64,000 nucleotides of DNA from Bacteroidaceae bacterium (GTDB taxonomy: Bacteria > Bacteroidota > Bacteroidia > Bacteroidales > UBA932), in contig CAVIHT010000007.1 in the NCBI GenBank assembly GCA_963642795.1, forward strand, positions 11,529 through 75,528. Reading direction: 5' to 3'. Position numbers and translations under genes: made by a program. Under the pieces are notes generated by a model. It searched no databases, was not told the DNA's origin, and saw only the letters and a program-made list of their open reading frames with translations. Shown in pieces: positions 24,924 through 33,880 of this stretch. Within the stretch, counting starts at the first letter, position 1; each line of letters starts with the position of its first letter.

Positions 24924-27749
24924 ATGAAAAAATTTTTGATTTCAGTTTCGGCTTTTGTGCTGTCCGCTTCGGCGTTCATCGCGCAGGCGCAGATGCAGCA
25001 GCTTCCGAACGACCCTGCGGTCAGGGTCGGCAAACTGGAGAACGGTCTGACCTATTACATCAGACACAATGACAAGCCGGCGGGTAGGGCTGAATTCTAC
25101 CTCGCCACGAATGTCGGCGCGATCCAGGAGACTCCTGACCAGGATGGCCTCGCTCATTTTCTGGAGCACATGTGCTTCAATGGCACGAAGAACTTCCCGG
25201 GAAAAGGAATTCTTAACTGGCTCCAGAGCATAGGTGCCTCTTTCGGGGGCAATGTCAATGCGGCAACCGGCATAGACCAGACCACCTACATGCTCAATAA
25301 TATTCCTTTGGTGAGGGAATCGGTTGTGGACACCTGTCTTCTGATTCTGCACGACTACTCTCATTTTGTCACTAACGATCCTGCCGAGATCGACAAGGAG
25401 CGTCCGGTGATCATCGAGGAGAGACGCTCCCGCAGGAACGCCGGCTGGAGGACTTTCGAGAAGTCTCTGCCATACCTCTACGGTGACTCCAAGTACGCCA
25501 CATGCACATTGATCGGAAGCAAGGAGAACCTTGAGACCTTCAGGCCGGAGAGCCTTGTGAACTTCTATCAGACGTGGTACCGTCCTGACATGCAGGCGGT
25601 CATAGTTGTCGGTGATGTGGACGTGGATGCCGTCGAGGAAAAGATCAAGACGGTATTCGCCGACATTCCCGCCGCTGTCAACCCTAAAGCCAAGGAGAAG
25701 ATCCGGTTCAAGGAGTTCACGGAGCCTCGCGTGGCTGTGCTCACCGACCCGGAGACGACTTCGTCATCCATTGAGATGGTATGGGAGAGCGAGGCAAGGG
25801 CCGAGGCTCTGAATTCCACTTCGGCCGGTCTTATGATGGACCTGATCGAGAGCGTCGTTCAGTCAGTTATGAGCGAGCGTTTCGACGACATCACCTCCAA
25901 GGCCGACGCTCCGTATCTCTATGGCAGTTTCGGCTTCGGAAAGCTTTGCGAGGCCATTGAAGGTGCTGACGGCAATGTCGGTCTTAAGGAAGACAACATT
26001 CTTGGCGGATTCAAGGCTTTCGTGACAGAGCTTGAAAGAATGAAGAGATACGGTTTGACGGAAGCCGAGGTCGGCAGGGCCAAGGACAACATCATCGCCG
26101 TTTATGAGAAGGCTGCCAACAGCGCAGAGACCAGAAAGAACAGCGAGTTCGTCAATCCTCTGATTAACAACTTCTTCAACAACCATGCATATATGGAGCC
26201 GGCCACCAGACTTGAATTGGTGAAGGCCATTCTGACGCAACTTAACGCACAGGTTATGAATCAGGTCATGGCACAGGCGTTCGCTGATGAGAACAGTCTC
26301 GTTGTCATCTACAGCGGCCCGCAGAAGGATGGCATCGCCACTCCTGCTCCGGAGCAGTTGCTTCAGGTCATCGAGGATGTGAAGAATTCCGAGATCGAGG
26401 CTCCGGCCGAGGAGATGGCAAGCGAGCCGCTCATGGATCCGGCTGCATTGAAGGGCGGAAAGGTAAAGAAGACTTCCAAGACCATTTATGGTGCGACGGA
26501 ATGGAGCCTTTCCAATGGCGTGAAGGTCGTTGTCCTGCCTACCGAGTACAAGAAGGATCAGATTTTGTTCTCGTTCTACAAGGCCGGTGGAGAAAGCCTT
26601 ATCACGACGGAGGATCTGCCTTCCTTCGACGGCAGCATTTACGGTGTCTTCCAGAGCGTGCAAGGTCTGTCCAAGTTCAAAGGAACTGAACTTTCCAAGA
26701 TGCTTTCCGGAAAGATGGTCAGTGTCAATCCGTTCATAGATGATCTTTATAACGGAATTTCCGGTAACTCTTCCGTAAAGGATCTGGAGACCGCTTTTCA
26801 ACTTCTTTATCTTGAGTTTACCGAGCCTCGCTTCGATCAGGAGGAATATGACAACGCCATGGCTCAGATCAAGGCTGTGCTACCAAACCTCGTAAACACT
26901 CCTAACTTTGCTTTCCAGAAAAAGTTAAATAAGGTTCTCTATAACGACAACCCGAGAAATGAGGTGCTTTCTATGGAGAAACTTGAGAAGGCCAACCTTC
27001 TGACCATCGAGAAAAACTACCGCAAGCTCTTCGCCGATGCGGCCGGAGCCACGATGGTGATTGTCGGTGATGTCGATCTTGACACCCTCAAACCTCTGGT
27101 TGAGAAATATGTCGGATCTCTTCCTAAGGGTAAGAAGGCAACCAAGTGGGCTGATGTGCAGCCTCAGCTTGTGAAGGGTAAAGTTGTGGATGTCTTCGAT
27201 CAGAAGATGGAGACTCCGCTGACCACCGTTCTTCAGGTTTACAGCGACTATCGTCCTTTCAGCGTCAAGGACGAGACTCTTGCCAGTGCTGTCAGCTACA
27301 TCCTCGACCAGATCTACACGGAGACTCTTCGCGAGGACGAGGGCGGCACCTACGGTGCTTCCACGGTTGCGAATGCCCGCAAGGATCCTAACGGAAGGTA
27401 CCTCCTTCAGATTTACTTCAACAGTAAGCCTGCCCTTGCCGAGAAGCTCAGGACCCTCGCTCAGGATGGATTCCGGAAACTCGCCGAAGAAGGCCCGACT
27501 GACGAGCAGTTCACAAGAACGATAGAGCATTTCAAGAAGAACGTTCCGGAGAGCCGGATCAACAACTCCTACTGGCTGTCAGACTTGCTCCGCTACTTCC
27601 GCAACGGCTACGACTACGACAAAGAGTGGGAGGCCGCTGTCAATGGTTTGACCAAGGAAGGCATCCGCGAGGCCGCGTCCAGACTCTACAACTCCGGCAA
27701 CTTCGTCGAGGTCGTCATGATGCCGGGTGAAACCACCGAGACTGAGTAG
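24924..27749 (+). CDS. M16 family (pitrilysin/insulinase-like) zinc peptidase, secreted
   Basis: It has a signal peptide and the inverted zinc motif HFLEHMCF (HxxEH). At 941 aa it has the two-half M16 architecture. Confidence 0.9.
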   Translation: MKKFLISVSAFVLSASAFIAQAQMQQLPNDPAVRVGKLENGLTYYIRHNDKPAGRAEFYLATNVGAIQETPDQDGLAHFLEHMCFNGTKNFPGKGILNWLQSIGASFGGNVNAATGIDQTTYMLNNIPLVRESVVDTCLLILHDYSHFVTNDPAEIDKERPVIIEERRSRRNAGWRTFEKSLPYLYGDSKYATCTLIGSKENLETFRPESLVNFYQTWYRPDMQAVIVVGDVDVDAVEEKIKTVFADIPAAVNPKAKEKIRFKEFTEPRVAVLTDPETTSSSIEMVWESEARAEALNSTSAGLMMDLIESVVQSVMSERFDDITSKADAPYLYGSFGFGKLCEAIEGADGNVGLKEDNILGGFKAFVTELERMKRYGLTEAEVGRAKDNIIAVYEKAANSAETRKNSEFVNPLINNFFNNHAYMEPATRLELVKAILTQLNAQVMNQVMAQAFADENSLVVIYSGPQKDGIATPAPEQLLQVIEDVKNSEIEAPAEEMASEPLMDPAALKGGKVKKTSKTIYGATEWSLSNGVKVVVLPTEYKKDQILFSFYKAGGESLITTEDLPSFDGSIYGVFQSVQGLSKFKGTELSKMLSGKMVSVNPFIDDLYNGISGNSSVKDLETAFQLLYLEFTEPRFDQEEYDNAMAQIKAVLPNLVNTPNFAFQKKLNKVLYNDNPRNEVLSMEKLEKANLLTIEKNYRKLFADAAGATMVIVGDVDLDTLKPLVEKYVGSLPKGKKATKWADVQPQLVKGKVVDVFDQKMETPLTTVLQVYSDYRPFSVKDETLASAVSYILDQIYTETLREDEGGTYGASTVANARKDPNGRYLLQIYFNSKPALAEKLRTLAQDGFRKLAEEGPTDEQFTRTIEHFKKNVPESRINNSYWLSDLLRYFRNGYDYDKEWEAAVNGLTKEGIREAASRLYNSGNFVEVVMMPGETTETE

Positions 27750-27781
27750 CTTTATGAATATGTTCCCGTTTCGGGATAATT

Positions 27782-27819
27782 AAAAAGAGCCATCCTCAAA
27801 TCGGGGATGGCTCTTTTTG
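27782..27819. terminator. bidirectional rho-independent terminator
   Basis: AAAAAGAGCCATCC-TCAAATCG-GGGATGGCTCTTTTT lies between the convergent M16 and esterase genes. Confidence 0.6.
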
Positions 27820-27884
27820 TGTGTTATTGTGCTTTCGGCGTTTCTGCAAGTTCGGCAAACGACAAAGCGTCGAAGCGGCTGCCG

Positions 27885-30002
27885 CTATAGTTCCCTGAGG
27901 AAGCGGGCCATGGAGGCGAGGAAGTCGTTTCTATATTCCTGGATAGGGTCGCTGCCGTACTTGACGTTTCTGAAGCCGTAGCCGTGGACACCGCCCGGGA
28001 AGGCATGCATCTCGCAAGGCACGCCGTTTTTCACAAGCGCGTTGAAGTAGCGGATCTCGTTCTCCGGAGGCACACCGTAATCATTGGAACTGAAGATGAT
28101 GAATGTCTTCGGTGTGTCAGCGCTGACCTGCTTGTCCAATGAATATCTTTCCTTGAGAGCCTCGAACTTCCTCTTGCCCTCGTCCCAAGTCTCAAAGTCC
28201 TTGCCCTTTCTGCTGTACCAGCCTTTCTCCGTTCCTATCAGGTTGTTGAAACTGCCCTCGTGACCGACTCCTGGTTCGGAGGAGATCACCGGATAGACAA
28301 GAATGGAGAAATCAGGCCTTGTCTGGGCGTCAACATACTGGGTCGAGGCTGTGGCCGCGAGATGTCCGCCGGCCGAGAATCCCATTACGCCGATCTGCGT
28401 CACGCCCCACTGCGGAGCGTAATGACGGCAGTAGCGGAACACGTTCTGCACATCGTTCAACGGCACGTTCCAATGACCGTAAGGAAGCCTGTATTTCACG
28501 ACGGCTGCGCTTATGCCTTGACTGTTGAGCCATTCCGCGGCGTATTGTCCCTCGTGTACGTAGGCTGTGAACCAATAGGCTCCGCCAGGACAGATGATGA
28601 CCATCTTCCCGTTAGGATTCTTGGCCAGGTAAAGCTCGAATCTCGCGCTGTCACCGGTGAACTTGAGATTCATGTCCTTTGTCAGTTCCTCCGGCTTTGT
28701 GCAGCCGTTGGACTCTCCCGGGCCGAGAGTGACACCTTCGATTCCCTTATCAACATTCTGACCTTCCGGATAGAGATAGACGACTTTGTCGGGTTTGCGG
28801 GTGAACTCTTCCCGGGCGACTTCCGGCGACTCTTTCTTGCCTTTCACGCTTTCCAGTTGCTGTCCGAGCCATCTTTCCAAAGCCGCCGAGAACTCCGGTC
28901 GGCATGAGCCGAGATTGTCCTTGCAGACTTTCGGGTCAAGACCGATGCTCAGATCCGTGAATCCCCAACCGTGGCCTCCTTGAGGATAGACGTGGAACTC
29001 GGCCGGAACCTTGTTCCTGACAAGAGCCTGGTAGAACTTCACGGAGCTGACAACCGGTACAGTCTTGTCGTAGGTGCTCACGCCTATGAATGTCGGTGGG
29101 GTGGTAGGGGTGACATCACGGTAAGTGGTGTACATTCTCTTCAGCCCGTCATATTCAGACATCCCGTCATACCATTCGTCGAAAGGTTTGTTTTCCCTGT
29201 CTGTCCAAGAAGCCTCGCTTCCGAGAAGATTGTCCACGGATCCCTTGTGTGTGGCGTTCTCGTCCATGAGTATGACCGGGTAGATCAGAACCGCGAAGTC
29301 CGGCCTTGTCGTGGAGTCCACGTACATCGTCTCCGCCGTGCTGGCAAGATGCCCTCCTGCCGAGAACCCCATCACTCCGATCTGCTTGATTCCCCAGTCC
29401 TCTGAATGGTGTCTGCAGTAACGGAAAGCGTTGTGCACATCCTGAAGCGGAACTTGACGACGCCCGTTTGGCAGACGGTATTTCAGCACAGCGCAAGCAA
29501 TGTTTCTGTCATTCAGCCATTTCGCCACGTATGTCCCTTCATTCCAAGTGGAAATTCCGGAATATCCGCCGCCCGGACAAGCGATCACCATCTGCCCGTT
29601 AGGTTTTTCAGGCATGAATATGTCAATTCGCGCGCTGTCCGTCACATTGTAGATGAATCCCCAGCCTCCGGCCACTTCAGCTCCTTCCAAGCCGTTGGAA
29701 ACAAGCGGCCCTTGGGTCACGGCCACGCCGTCCTCGACTATTCCCTGACCCGCCCCTTGTCCCTTTGGATAGAGATAAACGATTCTTGTGGGAGCATATT
29801 CAATCCCCGGAGTATTTTTGGTCTTCAACTTCTCCTCGACAGGCGATGTCCTTGCCGATGGATTGACATTCACTACTGTACCGTCAAGAATCAGTTGACT
29901 TTTCTTGACCTTTCTCTGTGCCGAGACATCTGTTCCGACGCAGAAGGCAGCCGTCAGCGCGGCCGCCAGAAGTATTGTTCTTTTCATATTGATCATGTTC
30001 AT
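27885..30002 (-). CDS. secreted tandem alpha/beta-hydrolase (two Aes-like esterase modules)
   Basis: It has a signal peptide and two homologous ~320-aa modules. Each module carries GFSAGGHLA (GxSxG), PGG(G/A)Y, and Asp and His motifs (STYDKTVP...GGHGWGF / SSNDYGVP...GVHGYGF). Its start overlaps the HTH stop (ATGA). Confidence 0.8.
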   Translation of the reverse strand: MNMINMKRTILLAAALTAAFCVGTDVSAQRKVKKSQLILDGTVVNVNPSARTSPVEEKLKTKNTPGIEYAPTRIVYLYPKGQGAGQGIVEDGVAVTQGPLVSNGLEGAEVAGGWGFIYNVTDSARIDIFMPEKPNGQMVIACPGGGYSGISTWNEGTYVAKWLNDRNIACAVLKYRLPNGRRQVPLQDVHNAFRYCRHHSEDWGIKQIGVMGFSAGGHLASTAETMYVDSTTRPDFAVLIYPVILMDENATHKGSVDNLLGSEASWTDRENKPFDEWYDGMSEYDGLKRMYTTYRDVTPTTPPTFIGVSTYDKTVPVVSSVKFYQALVRNKVPAEFHVYPQGGHGWGFTDLSIGLDPKVCKDNLGSCRPEFSAALERWLGQQLESVKGKKESPEVAREEFTRKPDKVVYLYPEGQNVDKGIEGVTLGPGESNGCTKPEELTKDMNLKFTGDSARFELYLAKNPNGKMVIICPGGAYWFTAYVHEGQYAAEWLNSQGISAAVVKYRLPYGHWNVPLNDVQNVFRYCRHYAPQWGVTQIGVMGFSAGGHLAATASTQYVDAQTRPDFSILVYPVISSEPGVGHEGSFNNLIGTEKGWYSRKGKDFETWDEGKRKFEALKERYSLDKQVSADTPKTFIIFSSNDYGVPPENEIRYFNALVKNGVPCEMHAFPGGVHGYGFRNVKYGSDPIQEYRNDFLASMARFLREL

Positions 30003-30214
30003 TCAGCATTCTCGCCGCTATACTCAAGCAAATCTCCCGGCTGACAGTCCAACGCCTTGCAGAGTGCGTCGAGTGTGCTGAACCGGACACCCTTGGCCTT
30101 TCCGGTCTTGAGAATCGACAGATTGACTGTCGAGAGTCCGATCTTGTCAGCCAGCTCGGCGGAAGTCATCTTCCGCCTGGCCAGCATCACATCGACATTT
30201 ACTACTATCGGCAT
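29999..30214 (-). CDS. small XRE-family HTH transcriptional regulator (YozG-like), paralogue 2
   Basis: MPIVVNVDVMLARRKMTSAELADKIGLSTVNLSILKTGKAKGVRF... About three quarters of its residues are identical to paralogue 1 in a by-eye alignment. Confidence 0.85.
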   Translation of the reverse strand: MPIVVNVDVMLARRKMTSAELADKIGLSTVNLSILKTGKAKGVRFSTLDALCKALDCQPGDLLEYSGENAE

Positions 30215-30219
30215 GGTGA

Positions 30220-31647
30220 TTATTCTTCAGCGGTTTCTTTCCGTGGCTGCTCCTCAGACTTGGCTTCCTTGCCTTTGAGGTATTCAGGCAGATTCATGCC
30301 GGCCATGTTGAACAGATCCTGGAGCGGAGGCACGGATCCCATCAGACCGGAGATGAAGTTCGCGGTCGAAGTCTTGCCGTTCTTCCCTTCACCATTGCCG
30401 TCCCAGACGGTCACCTTGTCGATCTTTATGCCCTTAACCGCCTCGACCTGAGTCTTGACGAGTTCAGGAAGTTTGTCGGCGATGAGCATGAGAACAGCCT
30501 TCTGAGGGTCTCCTGCGGCTGCGCGTACCATCTCGTTGAAACCTTCAGCCTGCTTGGACAGGATCTCAAGTGTACCGCGGGCCTGGGCGTCCATCTTGGC
30601 GAATATGGCGTCTGCCTCTCCTTTCGCCATCCTGCGTACCTTCTCGGCCTCGGCCTCCGCCTCGATGATGAGTTTCTCCTTGTCGATCTGGGCCGGAACG
30701 ACGATGTTGGCCTGCTGTGTGGCCCTTTCCCTTTCGGCACGTGCAAGCTCGGCGTCACGCTCGCTCTGGTAAGCCTCCTGGAGGGCTTTTGCGGCCTGTA
30801 CCTTTTCGGCGGCCACAGCTATGCGGGCGGCCTCGGCCTCTTTCTCGCGACGCAAGGCATCGGAATTGGCGATGTCGATCTTCGAGGTGTTCTCTCCCTG
30901 CACGGCGAGCGCATTAGCCGCCGCGGTCTTGATACGGGTGTCCCTCTGTGTCTCGGCGATTCTGATGTCCTTGTCCCTGTCGGCCTCGGCCTTGCCGATC
31001 TCACCGTAGCGGTTCTGCTCGGCGACGCTCTTCTTGGCGTCGTTGATGGCTTTCGCTGCGGCTTCCTTACCGAGGGCCTCGATGTAGCCGGACTCGTCGC
31101 GGATGTCGGTCACGTTCACATTGATGAGCTTCAGGCCGATCTTGCGGAGTTCGGCTTCCACGTTCTGGCTGACGGCCACAAGGAACTTGTCACGGTCGGA
31201 GTTGATCTCCTCGATCTCCATGGTGGCGATCACCAGACGGAGCTGTCCGAAAAGGATGTCGGTGGCGATGCTCTGGATGTTGTCGATCGAGAGTCCGAGA
31301 AGTCTCTCGGCGGCGTTTGTCATGCTGTCAGGCTCGGTGGAGATGCCGACGGTGAAGCGGCAAGGCACATCGACACGGATGTTCTGCTTTGAAAGTGCGT
31401 TGGTGAGGTTGCACTCGATGGAGATCGGTTTGAGGTCAAGGAACGCATAGTCCTGGAACACAGGCCAAACGAAAGCCGCACCTCCGTGTATGCACCGAGC
31501 GGATGAGATCGACCCGCTCTTGTTCTTGCCGGTCTTACCGTAGATGACCATCACCTTGTCGGAAGGACATCGGCGGTAGCGCCTGAGGATCGCCGAAAAT
31601 GTCACGAATATGACAGCGACGATGATAAGGATCAGAGATAGTTCCAT
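30220..31647 (-). CDS. flotillin / SPFH (band 7) family protein (YqiK-like)
   Basis: The track start at 31653 is TTG. The ATG at 31647 gives MELSLILIIVAVIFVTF (membrane anchor). An SPFH domain follows, then an Ala/Glu-rich coiled coil (AEAEAEKVRRMAKGEADAI). Confidence 0.9.
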   Translation of the reverse strand: MELSLILIIVAVIFVTFSAILRRYRRCPSDKVMVIYGKTGKNKSGSISSARCIHGGAAFVWPVFQDYAFLDLKPISIECNLTNALSKQNIRVDVPCRFTVGISTEPDSMTNAAERLLGLSIDNIQSIATDILFGQLRLVIATMEIEEINSDRDKFLVAVSQNVEAELRKIGLKLINVNVTDIRDESGYIEALGKEAAAKAINDAKKSVAEQNRYGEIGKAEADRDKDIRIAETQRDTRIKTAAANALAVQGENTSKIDIANSDALRREKEAEAARIAVAAEKVQAAKALQEAYQSERDAELARAERERATQQANIVVPAQIDKEKLIIEAEAEAEKVRRMAKGEADAIFAKMDAQARGTLEILSKQAEGFNEMVRAAAGDPQKAVLMLIADKLPELVKTQVEAVKGIKIDKVTVWDGNGEGKNGKTSTANFISGLMGSVPPLQDLFNMAGMNLPEYLKGKEAKSEEQPRKETAEE

Positions 31648-31726
31648 ATTCAAAATGTTTATTGGGTTTATAGTATTCCTTTAATATATTTGTTAGGGTT
31701 AGAATCATTCATGTTGTACCGGTTCA

Positions 31727-32317
31727 TCAGATGATGGTCGGTGTCATCTCTTCCACCAGCAGAGTGTAGTCATTGATGACTTCCGTGACCTTGATGGCCG
31801 TGCCGGTCTTTATCGTCTCCCCGTCTGTGACGGCGTCATACTCTCGGACGGCATTGTTGATGGAGATCTGGACCTTGCCTTCGCCCTTGCGTTCACCCGG
31901 GACCGTTAAGTAAACCTTGCCCTCGCATCCGACAGCCGACTTGTGCACGTCGATGTTTCCTGTCTGCTGCATTCCGCTGAGCCATTTGAAAATCCACATC
32001 ACGGCCGTGACCAGGAGCACGCCCACGATGACTGAGACGGTGATCAGCAGCGCGTTGGACTGGATTTTATCGTGCATCAGCACTGCCGTCCATCCGAAAC
32101 CGAGGCAGAAATTGACCAGATTGCGGAACGTCAGGAGGTTCATCGAAGGATCTGTGTCAAATGACCCGTCCGATGTGTCAAAGTCGAAATCCGTGTCGTG
32201 ATCCCCCATTCCAAGGAATGTCATGACTGTCTGAATGACGAAAATCAGCGACGCCGAGAGAGTGATGGCCCAAAGAACCTGCATCGCCGTACTAAGTGAT
32301 GTCCACCAGGTAATCAT
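31727..32317 (-). CDS. NfeD-like membrane protein (YqiJ/DUF1449-like)
   Basis: It has N-terminal TM helices and a C-terminal OB-fold-like segment (GKVYLTVPGERKGEGKVQISINNAVREYDAVTDGETIKTGTAIKV). It lies immediately upstream of the flotillin gene, as in E. coli yqiJK. Confidence 0.7.
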   Translation of the reverse strand: MITWWTSLSTAMQVLWAITLSASLIFVIQTVMTFLGMGDHDTDFDFDTSDGSFDTDPSMNLLTFRNLVNFCLGFGWTAVLMHDKIQSNALLITVSVIVGVLLVTAVMWIFKWLSGMQQTGNIDVHKSAVGCEGKVYLTVPGERKGEGKVQISINNAVREYDAVTDGETIKTGTAIKVTEVINDYTLLVEEMTPTII

Positions 32318-32375
32318 ATCTATTCTATTAGTTTTTAGTTATGCGGCCGGAGTCATTTCCGCACCGCTTCTTTTG

Positions 32376-32383
32376 CAAATATA
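32376..32383 (-). promoter_or_regulatory. -7 promoter box TATATTTG upstream of the NfeD/flotillin operon
   Basis: Exact TAnnTTTG match, 59 nt upstream of the ATG at 32317. Confidence 0.45.
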
Positions 32384-32575
32384 TTAATTAATTTATGAAA
32401 AACAATAATATATTTACAAAATTCATAAATTATTCGAATATATTCAGCCGTGGATCGCTCAAGAAGCATTGACGCCTTTACAGAGATCTTCTCGTTTTTT
32501 TGAATATCCCCGCGCAAGATTTCAGAGCGGCGGGATTATGTTATACGTAGCCCCGCTGCTTGATTTATTCTTAAA

Positions 32576-33874
32576 CTACTCTTTGCACAGCATGATCTGC
32601 TGGATGAGGTGATCGGTGGATTGCATTCCAAGCGAGCCGATTCTGCCGAGATTCTTGATTGTCTTCTCGATGTCCTTGTCGATGATGCCGTCGGTTTCCT
32701 TGATGCAGGTGCCTCTTAGGGCCAGGACACAGGACTGGACGGCGCAGGCTACTCCGGAGGCCACTTTCATGGCACATCCGACCTTGGCTCCATCGCAGAC
32801 CATTCCGGTGATGTTGCCGATCATGTTCTTGATCGCCGCGCAGACCTGACCGAAGTTTCCTCCACGCAGGAACACGATTCCGCAGGCGGATCCTGTCGAG
32901 GCTATCACGCAGCCGCACAGGGCTGACAGTTTACCAAGATAGCCCTTGATGTGGATGGCAACCAGATTACTGAGGATCAACGCTCTGGCCAGTTTCTCGT
33001 CATCGATGTCGTATTTAAGCGCGTATGCTATCACAGGCATGCTTACCGTGATTCCTTGGTTCCCGCTGCCGGAATTGCTCATCGCCGGGAGTTTGCATCC
33101 AGCCATCCGCGCGTCAGACGCCGCGGCGGTCATTCCCATCGCGAAGCTGATGAAATCATCCCCGAAGACCTCCTGCTGGTTCTCCCTGATGGCCTTGCCG
33201 ACATTAAGTCCGTAGTCGCCGTTCAGACCTTCATGGGCAAGAGCGAGATTCAGGTCCCTGTCCGCCAGAATGAACTTGATGTCCTCGAAGGAGGCGCTTT
33301 GGGCGAATGAATATATTTCCTTGACGCTCAGGTTATAGTCCAACGTGTTCTTTACCGGAGCGGTATTCCCGCCACAACCTTTCCGGAAGTCTGAGACCGA
33401 GGTGTCGAGTCCTGTCTCCACAACCCTGTCGTGATCGTCCTCAATGACGGTCCAGGCCTTGTGTCCTTCTGATCTTACAGTGACCTTGACATAGAGAAGT
33501 ATTGGGCTGTCGGCGACCTTTATCCGCACCTTGCCGGCATCCACCAAAGCCTTGGCTGCCTCTACATCATTGTCTGTCAAATCCTTGAGAACCTCAAGGC
33601 CGTACTCGCTCCTTCCGCAGACCGCCCCGAGGGCAGAGGCGATGTATAGCCCGACCATTCCGGTTCCAGGGATTCCGACCCCCATTCCGTTCTTGAGAAT
33701 ATTCCCGCTTACCTCAATGTCAAGTTCATGTTCAGAGAGTTCCGGAACGGCAGTTTTCAGGATTTCCATGGCTTTGGCCGCGGCCAGCGCTACGGCGATC
33801 GGTTCAGTGCATCCTAAGGCTGGCTTGACTTCCTTGTGCAGGAGTTCGATGAGTTCGGATTCTCTTTGAGTCAT
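32576..33874 (-). CDS. UPF0597 / L-cysteine desulfidase family protein (serine dehydratase alpha-like)
   Basis: The N-terminus ELLHKEVKPALGCTEPIAVALAAAKA and the 432-aa size are typical of the YhaM/CyuA family. Confidence 0.8.
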   Translation of the reverse strand: MTQRESELIELLHKEVKPALGCTEPIAVALAAAKAMEILKTAVPELSEHELDIEVSGNILKNGMGVGIPGTGMVGLYIASALGAVCGRSEYGLEVLKDLTDNDVEAAKALVDAGKVRIKVADSPILLYVKVTVRSEGHKAWTVIEDDHDRVVETGLDTSVSDFRKGCGGNTAPVKNTLDYNLSVKEIYSFAQSASFEDIKFILADRDLNLALAHEGLNGDYGLNVGKAIRENQQEVFGDDFISFAMGMTAAASDARMAGCKLPAMSNSGSGNQGITVSMPVIAYALKYDIDDEKLARALILSNLVAIHIKGYLGKLSALCGCVIASTGSACGIVFLRGGNFGQVCAAIKNMIGNITGMVCDGAKVGCAMKVASGVACAVQSCVLALRGTCIKETDGIIDKDIEKTIKNLGRIGSLGMQSTDHLIQQIMLCKE

Positions 33875-33880
33875 AACTGG

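Noticed and set aside
27885-32317. Reading the NfeD/flotillin cluster as an anti-phage defence system
   Set aside because: No nuclease, NTPase, TIR, Sir2 or other effector-type gene is present. SPFH/NfeD pairs are ubiquitous housekeeping membrane modules. The neighbours are core genes and there are no mobile-element markers.
32460-32530. A GC hairpin (CCCCGCGC...GCGGCGGG) downstream of the cysteine-desulfidase-like gene, considered as a terminator
   Set aside because: The stem has central mismatches. On the relevant (minus) strand it is followed by an A-run rather than a U-run, so I did not call it a terminator.
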